Assembly (NCBI RefSeq): GCF_006345805.1
Contig: NC_043019.1
Coordinates: 4,277,360-4,341,359, forward strand
From: Octopus sinensis
Taxonomy: Eukaryota
DNA length: 64,000 nt
Direction of reading: 5' to 3'
Shown: positions 41,601-53,400 of the stretch, piece by piece
How the letters are laid out: each line of letters opens with the position of its first letter
How positions within the stretch are numbered: the stretch's first letter is position 1
Translations under genes and position numbers: made by a program
Notes under the pieces: generated by a model
Databases searched by the model: none
The model's input: only the letters and a program-made list of their open reading frames with translations
What the model was told of the DNA's origin: nothing

Positions 41601-44600
41601 GTGTTCTTAAACGGCTTACAAACACCTTCCACGCTGCAATAAAAGAATAATAGTTAATTTTGGGTTAAAAATAAGTGATAAATACCACAGAGTACAGTGA
41701 ATGTATGTTTTCATTCAAATATATACTTGCAAAACGTCTCTGAATGAAAATATATGGGATGTCAAAAGTGGGACAAAAGAGGTCAAAAGTGGGACTGCAG
41801 GAAGTCCATCAGTTGCACCATAATGGTGCGATCTGATAAGAAGTTACCTGTCCAAGAGGTGAGAGATTGGTGGGGCCCTCTAGGGAGGAAGATTTGACAG
41901 GTGTTTTTTTGCATGTCAGGCACCATAAAAAGGGTTTTTGTTTGTATCTGGAGGAGCAGCATTGCTTTCATCAAACTTCTGTAAAGTGAGAGTCCTTTGG
42001 TGAGTGACGTAAGTCAGGAGGGGTCTTGTGGATCTGGGTCACTGAGAGATGTTCTGGGGGGTCAGTGAGCGGACAGAGAGAGAGAGAGAGAGAGAGAGAG
42101 GAGGAAGGAAGTGAGAAAGAGAAAGATGGAGAGATAAATAGAGGAAGAAAGACGGAGAGAGAAAGAGAAAGAGAGGAAGAGATTCAAGGTGATCCAGAAC
42201 ATTGTTGCTAATAGCTGTCTCCACTACCTTAGAGATGTGATCATGATGATGATGATGATGAGGAGGAGGAGGATATATCAGCAGATAATAGTGGTGTAAA
42301 CAATAATGACAAGTCTAAGAAAGCTATTGTTGCTGATGATAATGATTGTGATGATAGCAGTGGTGATGGAGATGATGATGATGATGATAGTGGTGGTGGT
42401 GGTGGTGGTGGTGGTAATGATGATTGTAATGAGGGTGTCAGTGATAGTAGTTATGGTGGTGGTGGTGATGATGATGTTGATGATGATGATGGTAATGGTG
42501 GTGTCAGTGATAGTAGTAGTAAGTGATGATGATGATGATGATGATGATTGTTCAATTTCTTCATCAGTTCTGCAGAAAAAGGCTACAGCATGGTCGTCAA
42601 AGATGTCAGTCCTCAGATGGCGCAACACGTGAAGATCAACTCTGCCTCTATCATGGCCTACAACCTCTCGCTCATTGGTAATAAACTGTATTATGTTCTT
42701 TAATGGTGGTGGTGGTATGGATGGTCTTGGCGGTGGTGGTGTTGTAGCATTGTTGCCATTGTTGGTGGTGGTGGTGGTGGTAATGGTAATACTAGTTGTT
42801 TGAAGGCGGTGAGCTGGCAGAAACGTTAGCACGCCGGGCGAAGTGCTTAGCGGTATTTCGTCTGCTGTTACGTTCTGAGTTCAAATTCCGCCAAGGTCAA
42901 CTTTGCCTTTCATCCTTTCGGGGTCAATTAAATAAGTACAGTTACGCACTGGGGTCAACATAATCGACTTAATCCGTTTGTCTGTCCCTGTTTGTCCTCT
43001 CAGTGTTTAGCCCCTTGTGGGTAGTAAAGAAATAAGTATTTCGTCTGCTGTTACGTTCTGAGTTCAAATTCCGCCGAGGTCGAGTTTGCCTTTCATCCTT
43101 TCAGGGTCAATTAAATAAATACAGTTACGCACTGGGGTCAACATAATCGACTTAATCCGTTTGTCTGTCCTTGTTTGTCCTCTCTGTGTTTAGCCCCTTG
43201 TGGGTAGTAAAGAAATAAGTATTTCGTCTGTCTTTACGTTCTGAGTTCAAAATTCGCCAAGGTCGACTTTGCCTTTCATCCTTTCGGGGTCGATTAAATA
43301 AGTACCAGTTACGCACTGGGGTCGATATAATCGACTTAATCCATTTGTCTGTCTTTGTTTGTCCTCTCTGTGTTTAGCCCCTTGTAGGTAGTAAAGAAAT
43401 AGGTAATACTAGTTGTGGTTGAGCAAACTATATAGTGTGTAGAGGCACATGGCCTACTGGTTAGAGCAGCGGACTCGTGGTCGAGGGATCGCCGGTTCGA
43501 ATCTCAGACTGGGGGATGTGTGTGTTTATGAGCGAAAACACCTAAGCTCCACGCGGCTCTGACAGAAGGTAATGGCAAAACTTCTGCTGACTCTTTCACC
43601 ACAACTTTCTCTCACTTCTTACTCCTGCATCTTGTAGCTCACCTGCCAAGAGACAGGGAAATCAGCCCTAATGAGCCAGGCGTGGCTTGAGAAAAAAACT
43701 ATATAGTGTGGTTCTCAAATCTTTTCAAACTCATGCTTCACTGAAGATCAAATTCCCCTCTGCCCTCAAAGGTTACTGGTACACCACTAAACACAAATTA
43801 CTGGAATGCTCCATATAGAAAGTTAAAAGAAAAATTGTTTTAAAGCTAACAGCGTCAGTGTTGGTCGACTTTGGGGTCCAGCCTAGCACTTTGTTCATTT
43901 GTGTACCCTTGTGGGGGATAATTGTTTTTTATTTCTTTATTGCCCACAAGGGGCTAAACATAGAGGTGACAAACAAGGACAGACAAAGGGATTAAATCGA
44001 TTACATTGACCTCAGTGTGTAACTGGTACTTAATTTATCGACCCTGAAAGGATGAAAGGCAAAGTCGACCTCGGTGGAATTTGAACTCAGAACTTAGCGA
44101 CAGGCAAAAAAAACAGGAGGCTAAACATAGAGGGGACAAACAAGGACTGACAAAGGGATTAAGTCAATTACATCAACTCCAGTGCATAACTGGTACTTAA
44201 TTTATTGACCCCGAAAAGATGAACGGCAAAGTTGACCTCGGCAGAATTTGAACTCAGAACGTAGCGGCAGACAAAATACCGCTAAGTATTTTGCCCGGCG
44301 TGCTAACGATTCTGCCAGCTCGCTGCCTTCTTGTGTGGGATCCTTGTTTCTGCCATGTTTGTGAGAGATATTGGTGCTTGGTGCCAAGAATTTGTCCTAA
44401 GTTGTTGTGGTTTGTGTAGAGCCGCAGCAGCTCTCTCCACCTGTCTCCACACATTCAGGGTGAACCAAGATAAGACAGCTCTTCTCACAAGAGACAAAGA
44501 TGATTAAAATAGCAGGTGGCAGGTCACAGAATATGGCTAAACCCATGAGCAGTGCTCTGTAGCAGTGCCCTTCATGCAGTATGCAATTTCAGGATTTTCT

Positions 44601-45084
44601 GTCTGAGTTTACTCCCATAACCTTTCCCCACCTAATAACTAAAATAAAAATATGGTCCTGGGTTCAGTCCCACTGTGTGGCACCTTGAGCAACTGTCTTC
44701 TACTATAACCTCAGGCTGACCAAATCTTGTCCCTCACCATCAATTGACTGCAAATGATGGTGTGTTTATGTCCCTGTAACTTAGTGGTTTGGCAAAAGTG
44801 ACTGATAAAATAGGTACTAGGCTTACAAACAATAAATTCTGGGGTCAGTTTCTTGGTGATAGTCAAATGACTGAAACAAATAATAGAATAAAAGAATATA
44901 TATATATATACATAGACGTAGGAGTGGCTGTATGGTAAGTAGCTAGCTTACGAACCACATGGTTCCGGATTCAGTCCCACTGCATGGCACATTGGGCAAG
45001 TGTCTTCTACTATAGCCTCGGGCCAACCAAAGCCTTGTGAGTGGATTTGGTAGACAGAAACTGAAAGAAGCCCGTCGTATATAT

Positions 45085-45116
<32 letters not shown>

Positions 45117-46733
45117 ATATGTTTGTGTGTCTGTGTTTGTCCCCCCAACATTGCTTGACAACTGATGCTGGTGTGTTTACGTCCCCGTAACTTAGCGGTT
45201 CGGAAAAAGAGACTGATAGAATAAGTACTAGGCTTACAAAGAATAAGTCCTGGGGTCAATTTGCTCGACTAAAAGGTGGTGCTCCAGCATGGCCACAGTC
45301 AAATGGCTGAAACAAGTATAAGAGTAAAAGAGTATACATATATATATAAAACTATTTAGTATCTTGCAGGGGTTATAATCAAGGGCTGTATCCTTATTAA
45401 GCACATCTGCACATTTCAATATTCAAAATTATGTATGAAGGGGAGCTGAAAAGTTTCTGGCTTCAAAGGTATTGTGAAAGGCTTGGGCTGGAGGCCCAAC
45501 ATTTCTGAGGTTTTTTACAGGGCTCATAAAAACTGAAGGACTGCTGTATTAAGTGTGTGGATGTGAGAGAGGAATATGTTGAATAAAATCATAATTAACT
45601 GATCTTCCTGAACTTTCCTTAACTCAAAACCAGGAACTTTTAGCACAACCTCATATATATATATATATATATACATAAAAGTAAATAAATGGTACAACGA
45701 AGCACCGATATCTACTGGAAAATAGTGAACGTAATAAATACGACGCTAATGTATAGCTTCACTGCGTATGTACTAGTAAAGATGCGTGTGTGCAACAAAC
45801 ATGAAAAGAATTGTCTTACCTCTTGGAAAAACATCTGAAAAATGAAAAACCTAGATAAAGGATAATGCAGTACCGGTTTCGGATTTTTCAAAATATGCTT
45901 GGCAAGCGTATATTTGATATATCTTCATCAGCTGCATAAACCTCGACAATATTTCAAATGTTGCCACATCTATGCCAGTACATTCGTCTGAATGCCAGAA
46001 CGAGAACAGTGAAGAAGTTTCAATGAAAATAGTAATGCAATACGAGAGTATTGCTTTCCAGTATATATATATATAAGTTCAGCAAAATTTAGATTCAGAT
46101 GAATATGGTAATTAAGAATTTGGTATGGTATTATCCATATAAATCAAATGGGGTGATTGTAATCAAAATAAGCAACAAGGATATCCAAGGTAGTGTAGTA
46201 CATTTTATTAAACACTTTTAAAACTGATGTAATACTTACAGTGTTTAATAAAATGAAGTAGCATGAAACGATTGTACTACACTACCTTGGATATCCTTGT
46301 TGCTTATTTTGATATATATATATATTTTACTCTTTTACTTGTTTTCAGTCATTTGACTGTGGCCATGCTGGAGCACCGCCTTTAATCGAGCAACTCGATC
46401 CCGGGACTTATTCTTTTGTAAGCCCAGTACTTATTCTATCGGTCTCTTTTGCCGAACCACTAAGTAACGGGGACATAAACACACCCGCATCAGTTGTCAA
46501 GCAATGCTAGGGGACAAACACAGACACACAAACACACACACGCATATATATATATATATATATACATATATACGACGGGCTTCTTTCAGTTTCCGTCTAC
46601 CAAATCCACTCACAAGGCTTTGGTCGGCCCGAGGCTATAGTAGAAGACACTTGCCCAAGGTGCCACGCAGTGGGACTGAACCCAGAACCATGTGGCTGGT
46701 AGACAGGCTACTTACTACACAGTCACTCCTGCG

Positions 46734-46775
<42 letters not shown>

Positions 46776-47714
46776 AAGGGGTGTTGGAAAATTCTTGGTT
46801 GGAGGGCCCAACCTTCTAAGTTTTATACACGGCTTAGAATAACTGAAGGACCACTGTAATAAGTGTGTGAATCTGAGAAGGGAATATGTTGAATAAAATC
46901 ATGATTTAATAGATCCTCCTGTATTTGGTTTTACCCAAAGCCAGGAGGTTTTCTACACCCCTTCATATATGTAGAAAACATGTATGAAGTCTTCTATTTG
47001 TAATTCATTAAAGATTTTTAAAAATACCCCCCAAAAAAAACCCCAACAAAAAACAAGCTATTTCCTCGTTTCATTAATTATACTTGTGTTTAAGTAAATT
47101 ATGAATTACATATTTTCCAAGAAGACTGTTTTAAATATTTCCATTCTACAGATATGAATTTTAAAATAGGAAACAGAGGAACAGAATATGGTGCTTTGAT
47201 TTTGAGGTTTAAGTGACATTGATTATTTGCAATGTAGGAGTGGCTGTGTGGTAAGTAGCTTGCTTACCAACCACATGGTTCCGGGTTTAGTCCCACTGCG
47301 TGGCACCTTGGGCAATTGTCTTCTACTATAGCCTCTGGCTGACCAAAGCCTTGTGAGTGGATTTGGTAGACGGAAACTGAAAGAAGCCCGTCGTATATAT
47401 GTATATGTATATATATGTATGTGTGTGTGTATACGTTTGTGTGTCTGTGTTTGTACCCCCAACATCGCTTGACAACCGATGCTGGTGTGTTTACGTCCCC
47501 GTAACTTAGCAGTTCAGCAAAAGAGACTGATAAAATAACTACTAGGCTTACAAAGAATAAGTCCTGGGGGTCGATTTGCTCGACTAAAAAAGGTGGTGCT
47601 CCTTCATGGCCACAGTCAAATGACTGAAACAAGTAAAAGAGAAAAGTTGCAAATTTATCCTTTCATGGGTGGGGGTGGGGTTACTTTTTGGCCCTCTTCA
47701 TTATCATCACCCCT

Positions 47715-47745
<31 letters not shown>

Positions 47746-48522
47746 TCATCATTATCATCATTGTTATCGTTATCATCATCACTATCATCGTCATTGTTAT
47801 CTCCATCATCATAAGGCGGCAAGCTGGCAGAATCGTTAGCATGCTGGGTGAAATATACTTAGCGTTCGGAGTTCAATTCTGCCGAGGTCAACTTTGCCTT
47901 TCATCCTTTTGGCCCATTGTGTAACATAATTTTTGTCCTTGGGTAACAACTGTTATTTGGTATTTCCTATCCCTAGAAAGTATGAAAAATATCTAATAAT
48001 CCTTCAAACTTTGCTTTTGTTACATTTATTCAAACCCCAAAGAATCCCTCTCAACACATGGCTATGGTGCTCCCCACCACCCCCAGCACATATTGTCAGC
48101 CACTGAGGGACGTGCTCAAGTGGTTAAGATCAAGCAACTGATAAACAAATCTGTGGTATTGAGTAGAATATTTTCTATAATGATATTTCTGCTTCAGCAA
48201 CTCAGCACTAAATCTGTCTGAAGTGTAATGAAAAATAGGTCAGTTTCAAGGCATTGATGTCCAGGTCTCAAAAGCAAAGTTTGGAAGTGAATAGTAGTCA
48301 TTTCCCTTTATTTCTAGACAGAAGCAAAAAATAGTTACAGATCAAAGACAGAAAATATATAAATAAATTATTTACATTGTTTACCTTATTTATATTTGAT
48401 GGATATTTGTCCTCATCTTGTTTGTTGTTAACACAACATTTCAGTTGATATACCCTCCAGCCTTCATCAGGTGTCTTGGGGAAATTTCGAACCTGGGTTC
48501 TCATTACTAAGGTATTTTTCAA

Positions 48523-48562
<40 letters not shown>

Positions 48563-50447
48563 GTTCAGGTCACTGCTTGGAATCGAACTTGGAATCTTGG
48601 AGTTAGTAGCCTGCACTCTTAACCACTACGCCCATGGGCATATGGCTTAGTGGTTTATAGCACGGGCTACTAACCCCAAGATTCCAAGTTCGATTCCAAG
48701 CAGTGACCTGAATAATAATGATAATAATAATAAGAAGAAGAAGAAGAAGTAGTGTGGGAGCATCATAGCCATGTGTTGAGAGGGATTCTTTGGGGTTTGA
48801 ATAATTCACCTCTGGAAACATGGGTGGTTCTTTCAACATCCTTAAACAACCCTTATTCAGGGACCTTTTGAGCCGGATGGGCTACTCAACCTGAAGAAAT
48901 TTCTAACTGGGCCCCACCTGCAAGGTCATGTGCTGTTTATCTTGATATGAGATCACCATGTCGCGCACATATGGTTGTGATGCATGTGCCTGGTGTACCC
49001 TTATCAGACGGGTAGTCATGATGGGTATATTGGGCTTCGTATATTTTACCCCAGTGTCACTTTGATGGCATGAACTGCTCTCTCACTCAATAATAATAAC
49101 ATTGAAAAATACCTTAGGAATGAGAACCCAGGTTTGAAATTTCCCCAAGACACCTGATGAAGGCTGGAAGGTATATCAGCCGAAACATGTTAACAAACAA
49201 GATGAGGACAAATATCCGTCAAATGTAAATAATGTACATAATTCCTCATCTCTAAAATATAGAACTGTATAATATAAATAAATGAATTAAAATTTTGTTA
49301 AAATGTTATTAATGGTTAACAGAAGGTTTCACGAGCTTAATTACCTCTAGATGATCTCATAAAACCATTGTCTTTCTTTTTTCTGTTCAGGTGGGTTTTT
49401 TTTTTTTATTTATCCATATAAAGGTGATGTTTCTTTTTGCAGGTTACTATGATAGATGTGAAAAACTACTGTCAGAAAATTTGGGGAAAATTCCATCACA
49501 TCATCCCAGTCTAGCTATTATGTTAAATACAATGGGTATTAATTATGAAAGGAGTGAGTATAATGGTTTTTATTTATTGTTGTATTTCGTCTTCCTTTTC
49601 TATTGGACTTTCCACTGTTTCCGAAGAAGAGCTCTGCTCGAAATGTAAAACCACCCTTCTTTCCTTCCCCAAGCTTCTGCTAATACTTTACATGTACCAT
49701 GTCCTTGCATTGTTGTTTTTTTGTGTTTGTTCTTCATTTTTTTTGGATTTACTATATATATATATATATAAAATTAATTAAGGGTAGAAATCAATATTTA
49801 TCAATTAAAACCAGTGGTCTAGCATATTAAAAAAAGAATCCGAAGATTAAATATTTATATATACCAATTAAAGACTGAACACGAAAAAGTGGACAGTCAA
49901 CATGCTAGATATAGACGTCAAATCGCCATTCTCCACAAAAGATTATGTTCTCAGATCAAACTCAACACCAACCCAAGCAATAAACAAGTGAAAATATACG
50001 AAAAACAATACTCATCCATGTACTGAATCAGTTTCGACCATTATTATCCGTAAGGATACCCGTATTCTCGTCAGCATGGCCGGTCTGAATGAAATCTGCT
50101 GAACTAGATGCAAAAACGATACCGGAGTATCATCATGTGCGTAGAGTTCAACCGATTACATTCGAATGTGTATTTCAAATGCCTTTCACCTCGTTTTTGC
50201 ATCTAGTTCAGCAAATTGCATTTATATCAGCCATGCTGACGAAGACTACAGGTATCCTTACGGATAATAATAGTCGAAACTGATTCAGTACATGGATGAG
50301 TATTATTTTTCGTATATTTTCAATTGTTTATTGCTATGGTTTTGTGTTGAGTTTGATCTGAGAACATAATCTTTTGTGGAGAATGGCGATTGACGTCTAT
50401 ATCTAGCATGTTGACTGTCCACTTTTTCGTGTTCAGTCCTTAATTGG

Positions 50448-50479
<32 letters not shown>

Positions 50480-53400
50480 ATATATATATATGAATAATAT
50501 TAGGGTAATAAGAATTTAGGAATTATTATTACCAGTGGCCTAGCACAAAAAAATTAGTCAATAGACTATATATTATTCACATAAAAATATCGTGTACATT
50601 AAAACACATTAAGAGGCTTCCATCATAGGAAAGCCTTGTGCTAGAAAGAGCAGTAGAAAATTCAAACCACTAACTAGGGATAAATTCTTGAAAGGAATGA
50701 AAATTAAAAACGTTTACCATTTTTACTGCTCTTTCTAGCATAAGGCTTTCCTATTTGGAAACCTCTTAATGTATTTTAATGTACACGATATTTTTATGTA
50801 TATCCAAGGGATGCAGTATATATATATATATATGGATGTCAAGATGACCTGTACCCCACAGCAGAAGTGTTAAGACTGAAACTTCTGGTTGTGTAAAGCA
50901 CCCATATTGATGCCATGTAAAAGTACCCATGTGGCGACATGTAGAAGCACCTGTGTGGCGTCACAAAAAAGCCTCCATGCAGTGTCACATAGAAGTTCTT
51001 GTGTGGTGGCATGTAAAAATGCTCATGTGGTCCCATGTAAAAGGATCCTGCACACTTTGTAAAGTGGTTGGCATTAGGAAGGGCATCCAGCCACAGAAAC
51101 CATGCCGAATTAGACTAGGGTCTCGTACAGCTACCCAGCCTGCCAGCTCTGGTTGCATCATCCAACCTATGCCAGGAGAGACAATGGACGTAATATGGTG
51201 ATGATGATGATGATGGTAATGGAAATTTTTTTTTCTATTCTTTTTGTATTTTTTGACTTCAGTTTTAAATTTCTGATCCTGCCACATGTGTGAGGAGATA
51301 GTTACCTCCCTTTGCATTAACTGCCATCCAGAGGTCACCACATGTGTCTTCAGACATTTTTACCTGATATTTCCTTTTCTCTTTCCACAGAAGGCTCACA
51401 GAATGACGAAGCGTTCATTTTTTATAATGCTTCTCTAAGGGAAAGAATGAAAGTTGCTCCAATAAATCCCAGATTATCTGTCGTGGCGAATTGTAATGTG
51501 GCAAAATTAATGTCTCGTGATCGTGGAAACCATGGTAAGTATTCTTTTGTCAAGTTTTACTTCTAAAATCTATGAGGTGAGTGTTGAAATGTTCCTGGCT
51601 TTAACCCTTTAGTGTTTAAACCGGCCATATCCGGCCCAAATATTCTATATGTTTTATATTCAAACTGGCCATATCTAGCCCCTCACACCTAACCTACATT
51701 GACATTCTAAAACTAAGCAATCACATCATTGAAACTTCAAAGCTATAAGATAATGTATGATTAATTCAAAACAATTTGAGTAAAAAAAATATTACATTTA
51801 ACAGAGTAATCTGAACATTAAAGGGTTAAAGATATTGCAAAAGGCCTTGCATGTTGGATCAACTTTCTAAATTCTTTTACAGGGTTTAGAAAAAACTGAA
51901 GAACTGCTGCAATCATCGTCATCGTTTAACGTCTGCTTTCCATGTAGCATGGGTTGGACGGTTTAACTGTGGGCTGTTGAACCAGATGGCTGCACCAGGC
52001 TCCAGTCTTGATCTGGCAGAGTTTCTACAGCTGGATGCCCTTCCTAACGCCAAACACTCCGAGAGTGTAGTGGGTGCTTTTACATGTCACCGGCATGGGG
52101 CCCAGTCAAGCAGTACTGGCAGCGACCTCGCTCGAATTTTTTCCACATGCCAACAGCACAGGTGCCAGTAAGGTGATGCTGGTAACGATCCCACTCTAAA
52201 GGTGCCTCCTACATGGCACCGGCATGGAAGCCAGTTAGCTGCTCTAGCAACGATCATGCTCGGATGGTGCTCGTAGCACCCTACTAGCATGGGTCACAAG
52301 TGCCAGTAAGGTGAAGCTGGTAACGTTCTCACTCGAATGGTGCCTCCTACATGGCACCAGCACAGAAGCCAGTTAGCTGCTCTGGCAACGATCATGCTCA
52401 GATGGTGCTCTTAGCACCCTACTAGCATTGGGCACAAGTGCCAGTAAGGTGAAGCTGGTAACGATCACACTTGAACGGTGCCTTTTATGTGCCACTGGCA
52501 CAGAAGCCAGTTAGCTGCTCTGTCAACGATCATGCTTGTAGAGTGCTCGTGCCCGTCATCGAATTTCACTTTGACTTTGATTTCAATTTCACCTGCCTCA
52601 ACAATAAGGGTTTAAATCTGAGAGGGGAATATGTTGAATAAAATCATAATTAACTGATCCTCTTGTATTTTCTTTTACCAAAAGCCAGGATCTTTTCAGC
52701 ATTCTCTCGTACATATATAATCACTTGCTTTTTGAAGGGGTGCTGAAAAGTCCTTGGCAATAAGGATATTCAGAAAGGCCTGTTTGGAGGCCCAACTTCC
52801 TGAGTTCTTTTACAGGGGTTTGAAAAACTGAAGGGCTACTGCAATAAGTATGTGAATCTGAGAGGGGAATATGTTGGCTAAAATCATTATTTTCTGATCC
52901 TCCTGTATTTTCTTTTGCCCAAAAGCCTGGAACTTTTCAGCACCCTCCTCGAATTTTTAGTACAAGCCCACAGGCATTCAGTCTGCTAGAAATAACAGGA
53001 GAATCTCATTGAACTCATGCCTAGGAGCAAACATAATTGTGTAGTGCGTGGTTAAGAGATGTTTACTTCTCAATCATGTGGTTTTGGGGTCTATCTCACT
53101 TTGGGGTACTTTATACTGGATGGAAGCACTCCGTCGGGTACGACGATGAGGGTTCCGGTTGATCCGAATCAACGGAACAGCCTGCTCATGAAATTAACGT
53201 GTAAGTGGCTGAGCACTCATACACGCATACATACTTATTCACAGACCACACACACACCACATACAAGCCTGTATATGTATGTGCATATGTACATATATAC
53301 ACACACGCATGCAAGCATGCATATATATATGTATACATACATACATGTATATGCACATTGTGGCCTCAGAATCTCCTGCAACTCTTCTGGATGGTCTCCT

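Larger units (their letters stand above)
48385..49240. mobile_element. Head-to-head dimer of a tRNA-head + (AAT)n + hammerhead element, right copy interrupted by another repeat (~48750-49090)
   Basis: Centre GCCCATGGGC at 48630-48639. A-box TGGCTTAGTGG 48643-48653 and B-box GTTCGATTCC 48688-48697, with mirror boxes at 48623-48633 and 48579-48588. Outer arms 48385-48530 and 49091-49240 are inverted copies that each carry a hammerhead. Confidence 0.75.
49859..50452. repeat. Fold-back element with ~260-bp arms and a 71-bp spacer
   Basis: 49859-50119 is the reverse complement of 50191-50452; flanked by (TA)n. Confidence 0.9.
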
